Source of the DNA: Aggregatilineales bacterium
GTDB taxonomy: Bacteria > Chloroflexota > Anaerolineae > Aggregatilineales > Ch27
Assembly: GCA_029976005.1 (NCBI GenBank)
Contig: JARKOQ010000218.1
Coordinates: forward strand, 66,602 to 130,601
Reading direction: 5' to 3'
DNA: 64,000 bases
Shown: in pieces, positions 1-8,713 of the stretch
Layout of the letters: every line of letters starts with the position of its first letter
Position numbering within the stretch: the stretch's first letter is position 1
Notes under the pieces: generated by a model
The model's input: the letters and a program-made list of their open reading frames with translations, nothing else
What the model was told of the DNA's origin: nothing
The model's database searches: none
Made by a program: the position numbers and the translations under genes

Positions 1-250
1 GGTTTTCACCGAGGACGGGTTGGAAGCGGCGGCACAGGCAGCGATCAAGCTCGAAACCGGGGCGCGCGGCCTGCGCAGCATCATCGAGCGCGTGCTGCTT
101 GATGTGATGTTCGAAGTCCCCGATCGCTCCGACATCCGACGGGTCATCATCAACCGGGATGTGATCGAAGGCAAGGTTCTGCCCTTGATCCTGGGCGAAA
201 ACGATACCGCGCTGACCTGGAGCGATACCGGCCTGCAAACAGCGGCCTGA
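1..250 (+). CDS. clpX: ClpX ATP-dependent protease ATP-binding subunit, C-terminal fragment (5' end outside window)
   Basis: Open from the window edge in the frame of ORF 20..250. ...TGARGLRSIIERVLLDVMFEVP... is the conserved ClpX C-terminal region. Stop TGA at 248-250. Confidence 0.85.
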   Translation, partial: VFTEDGLEAAAQAAIKLETGARGLRSIIERVLLDVMFEVPDRSDIRRVIINRDVIEGKVLPLILGENDTALTWSDTGLQTAA

Positions 251-279
251 TCTGGCAAACATAGTCCCAGGAAACAAAA

Positions 280-304
280 CAGGCCCGCCTCATCGGCGGG
301 CCTG
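280..304. terminator. Hairpin terminator between convergent clpX and the MBL-fold gene
   Basis: 10-bp GC-rich stem CAGGCCCGCC/GGCGGGCCTG with a 5-nt loop. Minus-strand reading is followed by TTTTGTTTC; the plus-strand tail is only partly T-rich. Confidence 0.7.
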
Positions 305-325
305 TCGATTCTCCGCACTCTACCG

Positions 326-970
326 CTACACGGCGGCCGCCGTGGCCGCTTCTCCTGGGATCACCACCTCGGCCAGCCCGGCCAGGGCAGCCTGGAACGC
401 TTTTACGTCCAGGTAGCCGCCGCCGTTCGCCGGACTCCAATGGCTGGGGATGACCCAACGCGGGCGCAGCTTGCGAACCACCTCGACGGCGGTATCGATG
501 CTCATCAGCCCGCTGCGCGTATTGCGCACCGGCAGGATCGCGATATCCGGCTTGATCTGAACGCCTTCCGGGAGCGATAGCACCGACCCGGCATAATACA
601 GGTCGTAGTAGTCAAGCGAAATGAGAAAGCCCAGGCTGGCGCGCTCGCTGCCGTGCCGGCCCGCCGGAGCCGCCCCCGGCACCGCCGTGATGCGCGCCTT
701 GCCGGCCGTGAGCGACTGCCAGGGCCGCAGGGTCTGGACGGTATACCCTTCCAGCATCTGGGCCACATCGTCATTGCCCACGATCAGGGTATTGGGGCCG
801 ACCAGTTTCCGGACATCCAGCGGAGAGCAATGCTCGTAGGTCGCCTGGCTGATCAGGATCACGTCCGCCAGGAATGCGTTCCGCGTGATCCCGATGGGAT
901 CGATGTAGATGAGAGGGGGGCCTTGCACGCTAAAGCTGCTGCGGCCCAGCCATTGAATCCGATCCAGCAT
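326..970 (-). CDS. MBL-fold (COG2220-like) protein with a degenerate metal-binding motif
   Basis: 214 aa. WLGRSSF...IYIDP...ADVILISQATYEHCSP...IPSHW matches the UPF0173/MBL-fold layout, but HxHxDH reads QATYEH. GAGGT lies 5 nt before the ATG. Confidence 0.8.
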   Translation of the reverse strand: MLDRIQWLGRSSFSVQGPPLIYIDPIGITRNAFLADVILISQATYEHCSPLDVRKLVGPNTLIVGNDDVAQMLEGYTVQTLRPWQSLTAGKARITAVPGAAPAGRHGSERASLGFLISLDYYDLYYAGSVLSLPEGVQIKPDIAILPVRNTRSGLMSIDTAVEVVRKLRPRWVIPSHWSPANGGGYLDVKAFQAALAGLAEVVIPGEAATAAAV

Positions 971-1000
971 ATCAACCTCGCGTCAAACAGGGTAAAGTGC

Positions 1001-1009
1001 ATTCTATCA
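1001..1009 (-). promoter_or_regulatory. Extended -10 promoter element TGATAGAAT upstream of the MBL-fold gene
   Basis: Minus strand reads TGATAGAAT about 30 nt upstream of ATG 970. Same 9-mer as upstream of mutS. Confidence 0.45.
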
Positions 1010-1232
1010 CAACCCAGGTCCGACCTCAACCACTTCGCGGCAAGGCTGGTGCTTTCTAACGCCGGGCGAACGCGCTTTCGCTTCCACCGGCAGAGCAGGC
1101 CAGGGTCTCGCTCAGGGCCGTCTGTGGCGTGGGTTGTGCTTCCGGCGGTAGGAGCCATTCCCATTGCACCGTCTGCGCACCCTGCGGTTTGCCGCTTTCA
1201 CGCGATAACCCGGATGTCCGCCTGCCCCCACG

Positions 1233-1261
1233 CTGGCACCCATATCAAACTGGCGTATAAT
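1233..1261 (+). promoter_or_regulatory. Sigma-70-like promoter CTGGCA-17-TATAAT upstream of the AAA+ ATPase gene
   Basis: Perfect TATAAT at 1256-1261, 17-nt spacer, CTGGCA at 1233-1238, about 95 nt before ATG 1359. Confidence 0.45.
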
Positions 1262-1358
1262 CCAGACTGTAGCCAGCATAGAGACAGGATCAAGCCAGCG
1301 CCGGCTACCTGTCCGCTGTTTCCCTGAATCGCTAACGCAATTGTGAGGATGTTGACCT

Positions 1359-2714
1359 ATGACTGGACGGATTGCTCCTCAAGCCTCACGGCCTCCTTCC
1401 CAACCGCCTGCCGGCGGCGAACAGGGTGACACCCCCAATGCCTGGGATCCCCCCATCATGCGCTCGGTCGAGGACACGGGCATCAACCTGCTCGCCATCG
1501 CCGATCTGGTGATCAAGACCCTGTATTTCACCGGCGTCATGACCGGCTTCCAGATCGCCGACTTCGTCAAGCTCCCCTTCACCGGTGTCCTGGAGAACGT
1601 GCTTGAGTTCCTCAAACGGGAAAAGTACGTCGAGATCAAGGGCAGCGGCGGCGTGGGCGCGGCGGCTTACCAGTACATCATCTCGGACAAAGGCTCGGAG
1701 AAAGCGCGCGAAGCCCTGGAGCGCTCCAATTATGCCGGGCCGTGCCCGGTGACGCTGGGCCAGTACGTGGCCGCGATGCGCGCCCAGAACCAGAAGCGCA
1801 TGACCGTCACCCAGGACAAGCTGCTCAACTCGCTCAACAACCTGGTTGTCTCCAAGAACATGCTGAACAAGATCGGCCCGGCCGTGAACTCCGGCAAGTC
1901 GATCTTCCTGTACGGCCCGCCCGGCAATGGTAAAACGACGATCAGCGAGGCGGTCGGGCGCATGGTCCTCGGCACGGACCTCTGGATTCCCTATGCGATC
2001 GATGTGGACGGCCAGATCGTGCGCGTCTTCGACAGCGTCAACCACGAAGTCCTGGAAGCCGCCATTTCGGAAAGCGCCACCCGCACCACCGGTCTCAAGC
2101 GCGATCCGCGCTGGCTCCGCATCCGGCGGCCGGTGATCATGGTCGGCGGTGAGCTGACCCTGGCCGGCCTCGACCTGGTCTACGATCCGACCAATAAGTA
2201 TTACGAGGCCCCTTTCCAGGTCAAGGCCAACGGCGGGATGTTCCTGATCGACGACTTCGGCCGCCAGCAGGTCCGCCCCCGCGACCTGCTCAACCGCTGG
2301 ATCGTTCCCCTGGAAAAGGGCGTTGACTTTCTGACACTGCATACCGGCCGCAAGATCGAGATTCCCTTCTTCGTCATGATCGTCTTCTCCACCAACCTGG
2401 AGCCGCGCGACCTGGTGGACGAGGCCTTCCTGCGCCGTATCCGCCACAAGATCGAGGTCGGCGACCCAAGCTACGAGGACTTCCGGGAAATCTTCCGCAA
2501 GGTCTGCGAGGCCAAGCGAGTGCCCTACGACGACAAGGGACTCGCCTACCTCATCCAGGAATGGTACATCAAGCGCGACCGGAAACTGCGCGCGGTGCAT
2601 CCCCGCGACCTGATCGACCAGCTTGTCGACATTGCCCGCTACATGAACCGCCCGCCGCGCCTGACCAAGGAGCTGATCGATCGGGCGTGCGAAAGCTACT
2701 TCGTCGAGCTATAG
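1359..2714 (+). CDS. AAA+ ATPase with an N-terminal winged-helix-like region
   Basis: 451 aa. Walker A is LYGPPGNGKTT, Walker B is MFLIDDFGRQ, and there is an AAA lid (FLRRIRHKIEVGDPS). GAGGA lies 8 nt before the ATG. Codon usage is GC3-rich. Confidence 0.9.
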   Translation: MTGRIAPQASRPPSQPPAGGEQGDTPNAWDPPIMRSVEDTGINLLAIADLVIKTLYFTGVMTGFQIADFVKLPFTGVLENVLEFLKREKYVEIKGSGGVGAAAYQYIISDKGSEKAREALERSNYAGPCPVTLGQYVAAMRAQNQKRMTVTQDKLLNSLNNLVVSKNMLNKIGPAVNSGKSIFLYGPPGNGKTTISEAVGRMVLGTDLWIPYAIDVDGQIVRVFDSVNHEVLEAAISESATRTTGLKRDPRWLRIRRPVIMVGGELTLAGLDLVYDPTNKYYEAPFQVKANGGMFLIDDFGRQQVRPRDLLNRWIVPLEKGVDFLTLHTGRKIEIPFFVMIVFSTNLEPRDLVDEAFLRRIRHKIEVGDPSYEDFREIFRKVCEAKRVPYDDKGLAYLIQEWYIKRDRKLRAVHPRDLIDQLVDIARYMNRPPRLTKELIDRACESYFVEL

Positions 2715-2823
2715 GCATTTCGACCAGGCTGCCGCGACCGGCATAGGCGGCGAACACACCTGACGCGGTCGGTCACCAAGTCAGGCCATTGCACACCGGG
2801 AACCAGGATGGAGTCAAGCGCGC

Positions 2824-3828
2824 GTGACTCTTAAGTACGACGGCTCGCCCATAGCGCGCCATCTCATGTTCGTGCTTCGAGATGGCACCACTGCGATCCA
2901 ATGGGACGCGGATCACGTCCAGGATATTTTCTCTGGCAAGCAGCGCCCCTTTCGCGATCAGGACTATGGACACGCCGTTTCCGACGAGGAACTGGATCAA
3001 CTCAAGGACGCGGGCCGCGTCTCGCATTTCGATCGCGGCTACGTCTGGGTTCACGCGCTCCCTGAGGGGGAGCGCTTCAGCCGTTTCCGGGTCCGCGAAG
3101 AGACCACCGGACGGATTCGGGCGTACTACCTCAACACCACTCTGTCCAGCCAGCAGCTCGACCAGGTCTTGCAGCGCCTTCACGAGCTGGCCCTCGACGG
3201 CAAATACACCGCCCGCGACGAGGGCGGCCTCGTCGCAATCGTCCGCCAGGATGGCCTGCCCTTCGACCGGCTGACCGATGCTGAAGCAGCCCAGAATACC
3301 CTGCGCCGCGCCGCGCCCCAACTGCTGGCCGATGCCGCCGTCGCCTTCATGGAATCGAGCAAACTCAGCGCACCGCCAGGCGATGACCTGGACGCCGTTC
3401 CCGTCCTGGACCTGGACACCCTGATCGCCAGCCAGACCCAGCGCTTTACCGACGTGCGCAAGCTGGTCGTCGGGGTCGACCGCGACCCGGACCTGCTGCG
3501 CCGGATCGAAAAGACGCTGCTCGACATGGGTGTGGAGTTCGTGGCCGCCAGCAGCGGCCAGGAAGCCCTGTACACCATCGAAGACCTGGAGCCTGATCTG
3601 GTGCTGATGAACCTGGTCATGCCGGACATGCACGCCTGGCAGGTGATCTCGCGAATGCGGGCCAACCAGGCCCTGACCCGAATCCCGGTGATCATCATCA
3701 GTGAGATGGACTCCCAGACCGACCAGGTCTTCGCCGTGAGCGTGGCCAAAGTCCACGATTTCATGGTGAAGCCCATTTCTCCCGGCCAGCTTCGCCAGAG
3801 CGTATGGACCGCCCTGAAAGGCCGCTAG
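2824..3828 (+). CDS. Receiver-domain protein (Asn at the phospho-acceptor position) with an unassigned ~200-aa N-terminal domain
   Basis: 334 aa. The C-terminal CheY-like domain reads VVGVDRDPD...PDLVLMNLVMPDM...VIIISE...FMVKPI. GTG start taken from the ORF track; the start is uncertain. Confidence 0.8.
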   Translation: MTLKYDGSPIARHLMFVLRDGTTAIQWDADHVQDIFSGKQRPFRDQDYGHAVSDEELDQLKDAGRVSHFDRGYVWVHALPEGERFSRFRVREETTGRIRAYYLNTTLSSQQLDQVLQRLHELALDGKYTARDEGGLVAIVRQDGLPFDRLTDAEAAQNTLRRAAPQLLADAAVAFMESSKLSAPPGDDLDAVPVLDLDTLIASQTQRFTDVRKLVVGVDRDPDLLRRIEKTLLDMGVEFVAASSGQEALYTIEDLEPDLVLMNLVMPDMHAWQVISRMRANQALTRIPVIIISEMDSQTDQVFAVSVAKVHDFMVKPISPGQLRQSVWTALKGR

Positions 3829-3936
3829 GACGAACCCAGCCTTGATTCCCCCGCCGCGCCCCTGTACACTTCCCGCCTGATGCTTGCCCTGCCGACATCC
3901 CATGCCGTGTTTGCCCGTGCTGAACCGAGGCCCGTC

Positions 3937-4911
3937 ATGATCTTCGTCACCGGCGGTACCGGCTTCCTGGGCCGCAATCTGGTCCCTTATCTCCTTGCCC
4001 AGGGCCACACGCTGCGCGTCCTGACCCGCCAGCCGGAGCATCACCCCTGGCTGCGTCAGGCAGGCATTGAGGTGGTCGCGGGAGACCTCCAGGATCGCGA
4101 CCGGCTGGCCCGCCATCTGGAGGGCTGCGAGGCCGTCATCCACGCCGGCGGGCTGTTCCGAATGTGGGGCGACGCCGAGAGCTTCGACCGGGTCAACGTC
4201 ATCGGAACCGGGAACGTCGCCGCCGCCGCGCTGGCGGTGGGAGTGACGCGCTTCGTCCACATCTCCACGATCGCCGTCATCGGCCACCCGACCCCCGGCC
4301 GCATCATCGACGAGACCCACCCGCCCCGCCCGGCCGACCCCTACCAGCGCAGCAAGCTGGCCGGAGAAGCCGTCATCCTGAACGAAGTCGCCCAGCACAG
4401 CCTGCCGGCGCTGATCCTGCGGCCGGGGGCGTTCTACGGGCCATACGGCCACTACGCCTTCAACCGCCTGTTCTTCGAGGATCCGCTCAAGGGTCTGCTG
4501 ATCAAAGTCTCCGGCGGCAAACACGTGATCTTCCCGGTCTACATCGGGGATGTCGCGGCGGCAATCGCGCTCGCCCTGCGGTACGGCAGCCCCGGCGAAA
4601 TCTACAACATCTGCGGCGATTCCATCTCGCACAACGAGGCCAATGCCATCGTCAGCGAGGAAGCCCGGCTCACTCGCCTCCGAATCAACGCACCCGAATG
4701 GGCCATGATCGCCCTGGCTCAGGTGTGGACCTGGCTGTCGCGCTTCACCCAGGCCGAGCCTTACTACCCCATCAACCTGCGCTCGTACGTCTTCAACGAC
4801 TGGCAGGTGTCCATCGCCAAAGCCCGCGACGAGCTGCACTTCCGGCCGATCTCCTTCCGCGAAGGCGCGCGCCGCACCCTGGACTGGTACCGTGCCAATC
4901 CGCCGCGCTGA
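3937..4911 (+). CDS. NAD-dependent epimerase/dehydratase family (extended SDR)
   Basis: IFVTGGTGFLGRNL Rossmann motif and YQRSK catalytic motif. ATG 3937 is preceded by GAGG; the ORF track starts earlier, at 3880. Confidence 0.88.
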   Translation: MIFVTGGTGFLGRNLVPYLLAQGHTLRVLTRQPEHHPWLRQAGIEVVAGDLQDRDRLARHLEGCEAVIHAGGLFRMWGDAESFDRVNVIGTGNVAAAALAVGVTRFVHISTIAVIGHPTPGRIIDETHPPRPADPYQRSKLAGEAVILNEVAQHSLPALILRPGAFYGPYGHYAFNRLFFEDPLKGLLIKVSGGKHVIFPVYIGDVAAAIALALRYGSPGEIYNICGDSISHNEANAIVSEEARLTRLRINAPEWAMIALAQVWTWLSRFTQAEPYYPINLRSYVFNDWQVSIAKARDELHFRPISFREGARRTLDWYRANPPR

Positions 4912-4935
4912 GTCAGGCCCCGCGCCCTGCCAGCC

Positions 4936-4944
4936 TGCTATAAT
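4936..4944 (+). promoter_or_regulatory. Extended -10 promoter TGCTATAAT upstream of nnr
   Basis: TGn plus a perfect TATAAT (4939-4944), about 37 nt before ATG 4981. Confidence 0.5.
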
Positions 4945-4980
4945 CGGAACCGTTCTGGTTACCCAATCAGGAAGGTGGAC

Positions 4981-6690
4981 ATGCTCAAGATCGTGACTGT
5001 GGAGCAGATGCGCGCCATCGAACAGGCCGGGGATGCCGCCGGGATCAGCTACGACCAGATGATGGATAGCGCGGGTCGGGCGCTGGCCGACCGTGTCCTG
5101 GCCTTGCTGGACGATCAGCCCGGATCGCGGATCACCGTGCTGGCGGGGGCCGGCAACAATGGCGGGGATGCCCTCGTCGCTGCTCGCCTCATCGCCGCCG
5201 AAAGCGATCACGAAGTCAACATCTACCTGACCAAACCGCGCGACCCCGCCGATCGGGTCTTTGCACCCATTCAAGAGGCCGGACTGTTCGTCGTCGAAGC
5301 GTCGAAGGATCAGCGCTATCGCGTGCTGGACAGACTCATCGGCACGTCGCACATGATCATCGATGGCGTGCTCGGCATCGGTCTCCGCCTGCCCATCGAA
5401 GGCGATCTGGCCAAGTTCCTGGCCGCCGTGCAGAAATCTCTGCGCGCCGCCCGCCAGGCCCGCCCGGCCTTCCCTACCCAGACGCCAGCCATGCCCGTCG
5501 CGTGGGCCGATTCCGGGCCGTACGTGATCGCCGTGGACTGCCCCAGCGGGCTGGACTGCGACACCGGCGAGGTAGGCGACCTCACCATCCCGGCCGACGA
5601 GACGGTGACCTTCGGCGCAGTCAAGCGCGGCCAGGTGCTCTTTCCCGGCGCAGGGCTGGGCGGCGCGCTGCACGTCGCCGACATCGGCCTGCCCAAAAAA
5701 CTCCCCGCGCGTGATGCCATCAAGCTCGAGATGCCAACCGGCGCGGACATCCGCGCGCTGCTGCCCCCGCTGCCGCCCGACGCACACAAGGGCACCTTTG
5801 GGAAGGTGCTGGTCGTGGCTGGATCGATGAACTATACCGGTGCGGCCGCGCTGGCCGCCGAAGCGGCCTACCGTGCCGGCGCGGGTCTGGTGACCGTCGC
5901 CACGCCGCAGCCGATTATGCCTATCCTCGCGGCGCAGGTTCCCGAAGCCACCTGGCTTCTTCTGCCGCACGACATGGGCGTGATCGCCGAAGACGCCGCA
6001 CTGGTGCTGCAAAAAGAGCTGGCAGGTTATAGCGCCCTGCTGATGGGGCCGGGCTGGGGCCGGGAAGAATCGACCGGCCTTTTCCTGGCTGCCATGCTCA
6101 ACGACCGCGCCCAGCAGGAAGCCCGCCACCGCCGGATCGGTTTCGCGCCCGGCGACACGAAACCGGCGTCCGCTGCTGCCGGGCCTGACTTCACCCTTCC
6201 CCCGCTGGTCATCGACGCGGACGGCCTGAACCTGCTTGGTGAACTCGACGAGTGGTGGAAGCTGCTCCCCGCCGGGACGATCCTGACGCCGCATCCCGGT
6301 GAGATGGGCCGCCTGACCGGCCTGAGCCGCGACGAAGTCCAGGCGCGGCGACTGGAGCTGGCAGTGGAAAAAGCTGTCGAGTGGCGCTGCGTCGTGGTTC
6401 TGAAAGGCGCTTTCACGGTCATCGGCGCGCCCGACGGCCGGACGGTCGTACTGCCGTTCGCGGAGCCGGCCCTGGCGACCGCGGGCACGGGCGACGTCCT
6501 GGCCGGCACGATCGCCGGTCTCCTGGGGCAGGGCATGTCGCCCTTCGACGCGGCGGTCGCGGGCGGCTATCTGCACGGCCTGGCGGGCCACTTCGCCGCC
6601 GAGGCACTCAGCACGCCGCGCAGCGTGATTGCCCATGATGTGCTCAACGCGCTCTCAGAAGCCGTCAGCATCGTCGAACACGCCGTATAA
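4981..6690 (+). CDS. nnr: Bifunctional NAD(P)H-hydrate repair enzyme (epimerase / ADP-dependent dehydratase)
   Basis: YjeF_N motif GAGNNGGDALVAARL. Dehydratase motifs HKGTFGKVLVVAGS and GTGDVLAG. ATG 4981 follows AGGAAGG; an alternative GTG lies at 4975. Confidence 0.93.
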   Translation: MLKIVTVEQMRAIEQAGDAAGISYDQMMDSAGRALADRVLALLDDQPGSRITVLAGAGNNGGDALVAARLIAAESDHEVNIYLTKPRDPADRVFAPIQEAGLFVVEASKDQRYRVLDRLIGTSHMIIDGVLGIGLRLPIEGDLAKFLAAVQKSLRAARQARPAFPTQTPAMPVAWADSGPYVIAVDCPSGLDCDTGEVGDLTIPADETVTFGAVKRGQVLFPGAGLGGALHVADIGLPKKLPARDAIKLEMPTGADIRALLPPLPPDAHKGTFGKVLVVAGSMNYTGAAALAAEAAYRAGAGLVTVATPQPIMPILAAQVPEATWLLLPHDMGVIAEDAALVLQKELAGYSALLMGPGWGREESTGLFLAAMLNDRAQQEARHRRIGFAPGDTKPASAAAGPDFTLPPLVIDADGLNLLGELDEWWKLLPAGTILTPHPGEMGRLTGLSRDEVQARRLELAVEKAVEWRCVVVLKGAFTVIGAPDGRTVVLPFAEPALATAGTGDVLAGTIAGLLGQGMSPFDAAVAGGYLHGLAGHFAAEALSTPRSVIAHDVLNALSEAVSIVEHAV

Positions 6691-6698
6691 GCAGCCTT

Positions 6699-6740
6699 CC
6701 GCCTCACAAAAAACAGGGCGGCGTGAGGTTTCACGCCCCC
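6699..6740. terminator. Terminator-like hairpins between convergent nnr and the ytxH-like gene
   Basis: CCTCAC...GTGAGG and GGCGTGA-GGTT-TCACGCC stems. The minus-strand reading carries a T6 run nearby. The geometry is imperfect. Confidence 0.4.
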
Positions 6741-6769
6741 CTGCTGCATTGTGTCATACCCGGCAGGGT

Positions 6770-7021
6770 CTAGTCCAGCTTCAGCTCGATCTGGCGCTGC
6801 TGGGCCATCGCCTTGCCTTCGGCAATGGCATCCGCCGGCCGCTCGCCCAGCACCCTGGCCTCAGCCTGGCGGCGGGCCTCGCCGCCGCGAGCGAGCAACA
6901 CCTGGCGCAGCTCGGCCCCGCTTCGCGGCGCTTTCCACGCCCCCACCAGCGCCCCCACCAGACCACCCAGCAAAAGGCCGGTCACGAAAGCGCCGTTCCC
7001 CCCGGAATGCGATTCGGCCAT
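6770..7021 (-). CDS. YtxH-domain protein
   Basis: 83 aa from MAESHSGG. Gly-rich hydrophobic helix GAFVTGLLLGGLVGALVGAW followed by a charged helix. Starts 1 nt after the upstream stop. Confidence 0.75.
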   Translation of the reverse strand: MAESHSGGNGAFVTGLLLGGLVGALVGAWKAPRSGAELRQVLLARGGEARRQAEARVLGERPADAIAEGKAMAQQRQIELKLD

Positions 7022-7022
7022 C

Positions 7023-7553
7023 TCAGGACTCCCCCTCCTCGTCACGAGTCACCTTGCCACCCCGCCGGGTCACCGCCCGGCGCACGCCAAAGAGTTCCCG
7101 CAAGACGGCCAGCCCCCAGGCCAGTCCGCCGCTCGCCCGGATCACCGGATCGGCCACGTTGCGGCTCATGAAGGTCGCCGTGCCCTTGACCGTCTTGACG
7201 GTATCGCTGGTCTGTTCCAGGATCGGCTTGATCTCGTTCTGGAGCAGATTAGTCAGGCGGGCAAGCTGCAAGACGAGCACAACCAGCGCCCCCCCGATCA
7301 CCAGCCCTTCCAGCGCCATCGCGATGATGAAGAAGTCGCGCACGATTTGCACGCCGGCGGCAGCGCCCGGATTGGTCAGAGCCAGGATCAGCGCCAGCAG
7401 GAATCCCAGCACCAGCACGCCGACCAGCGCGCCGATACCGATCACGATAATGCGCGTCGCCCCAGGCCCGCCGGACTCTCCCTGGGTCGCGTCTTCAGCC
7501 GGAGCGGCAAGCATGGGCTGTGAGGAGACCGGGCCGCGTGGTTGTTCTGACAT
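7023..7553 (-). CDS. Membrane protein, DUF948-like
   Basis: 176 aa from MSEQPRG. Two TM helices, then LLQNEIKPILEQTSDTVKTVKGTATFMS, a typical DUF948-type helix. Family assignment is by eye. Confidence 0.7.
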   Translation of the reverse strand: MSEQPRGPVSSQPMLAAPAEDATQGESGGPGATRIIVIGIGALVGVLVLGFLLALILALTNPGAAAGVQIVRDFFIIAMALEGLVIGGALVVLVLQLARLTNLLQNEIKPILEQTSDTVKTVKGTATFMSRNVADPVIRASGGLAWGLAVLRELFGVRRAVTRRGGKVTRDEEGES

Positions 7554-7616
7554 AATCACACACCTCACTTGGTTGGTGATGAGTATAGCGCAAGGCACAC
7601 GCCCCACAAATGGGCT

Positions 7617-7883
7617 TCAACCGGCCGACCTGGGACGCATGAACAGCCGCGCGGCCAGCAGCGCGGTCAGCGCCCCCGCCGTCGCGGAAACCAGTCTGAT
7701 CGGTCCGACCCGGAGGATATCCACACCCAACAACACGCCGGCCGCCTGGCCGAGCGCAAATCCCAGCCAGCCCGCCAGCAAAAAAAGCGCCAGCCGCCGC
7801 ACGTCGCCGCCCGCGATCAGATGAAAGACGACGCCGTAGATGGTCGCCAGGATAAACGCGAAGGTCATCGATGGACTGGGCAT
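7617..7883 (-). CDS. Small hydrophobic membrane protein (hypothetical)
   Basis: 88 aa from MPSPSMTF. About 3 TM segments. GGAG lies 6 nt before ATG 7883. Confidence 0.6.
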   Translation of the reverse strand: MPSPSMTFAFILATIYGVVFHLIAGGDVRRLALFLLAGWLGFALGQAAGVLLGVDILRVGPIRLVSATAGALTALLAARLFMRPRSAG

Positions 7884-7947
7884 CTTTTCTCCACACCGTT
7901 TTCCGCCAGCGGGCGAGCCAGACACGGCAGCCCGCGCAGACATACTA

Positions 7948-7953
7948 TATAAT
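7948..7953 (+). promoter_or_regulatory. -10 box TATAAT upstream of the DUF3307 gene
   Basis: CATACTATATAATACAG AT-rich island in a divergent intergenic region, 47 nt before TTG 8000. There is no good -35. Confidence 0.35.
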
Positions 7954-7999
7954 ACAGCCTCAGAGGGCAAAAGACAGCGCGTAGTCAGGAAAAACGCCT

Positions 8000-8698
8000 T
8001 TGATCGTCCCCCATCTGATCTTCTCGCACCTGATCGCGGATTATCTGCTGCAAACCAACTGGCTGGCCGAGCGCAAGGGACGGTTCGATCTGCGCTCCAT
8101 CCGGTCCTGGGACGGTCTGCTCCTTCACGGGAGCATGGTCTGGCTGGTTTCGCTGGCGGTTCTGCCGGAATATATCGGGATTCTGTGGCCCTACATCACC
8201 TTGCTCGCTCTGGTGCATACCCTCCAGGATGCCGCCAAACCGTCCGTTTCCCCACGGCTGAACGTGTCGCCTTTCCTGGCCTATCTGGGCGACCAGCTTC
8301 TGCACCTGTCGCTCGTCCTCGTGTTTCAGGCCCTGGTCGGAGGGCTGATCTCTCCCCCGCCCAATCCCCAAGTCTCGCGCCTGATGTGGGTCGGCGCGGC
8401 GCTCATCGCCGTGATGCGGTTCTATGAGGTCTCGTGGTGGGCCAACTGGCCGGCCATGTATCCCTACATGAACCGCTGGCGGCTCTGGGGCTATACCGAG
8501 CGTATCTCGATGCTGGTTCTGGCCTCCGCCGGGCTGTGGTGGCTGGCCCCATTCGCCGTCATTCCCCGCGTGGTCGCCATGCGACGCCAGGGCCAGCCAA
8601 TCGAACGGCAGCAAAACGGGCTGGCGGAACTCTTGCTAGGCATCCTGTTTTCGGTGATACTTGGCCTTGCGTTTCATATTGGATGGGCTGGAAGCTGA
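8000..8698 (+). CDS. DUF3307 family membrane protein
   Basis: 232 aa. The N-terminal HLIFSHLIADYLLQTNW motif is typical of DUF3307. Multiple TM helices. TTG start. Confidence 0.8.
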   Translation: MIVPHLIFSHLIADYLLQTNWLAERKGRFDLRSIRSWDGLLLHGSMVWLVSLAVLPEYIGILWPYITLLALVHTLQDAAKPSVSPRLNVSPFLAYLGDQLLHLSLVLVFQALVGGLISPPPNPQVSRLMWVGAALIAVMRFYEVSWWANWPAMYPYMNRWRLWGYTERISMLVLASAGLWWLAPFAVIPRVVAMRRQGQPIERQQNGLAELLLGILFSVILGLAFHIGWAGS

Positions 8699-8713
8699 CA
8701 CAGGTAGGCTTGG

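Noticed and set aside
1040-1230. About 190 nt of unassigned DNA between the MBL-gene promoter and the AAA+ promoter. It has a long-range complementarity (CACAACCCA at about 1008-1016 with TGGGTTGTG at about 1131-1139) and a nested hairpin (GCCGG-GCGAA...TTCGC...CCGGC).
   Set aside because: I checked by eye for SRP RNA, 6S RNA or riboswitch-like conserved motifs and found none I could support. It may be ordinary spacer. It is worth an Rfam scan but is not reportable as an RNA gene.
2773-6636. 1287-aa minus-strand ORF spanning the receiver protein, epimerase and nnr genes
   Set aside because: It is antisense to three plus-strand genes with clear family motifs and it crosses their intergenic regions. 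Its translation is Arg/Gly/Ala/Pro-rich low complexity with no recognisable domain. This is a typical stop-poor shadow frame of GC3-rich coding DNA.
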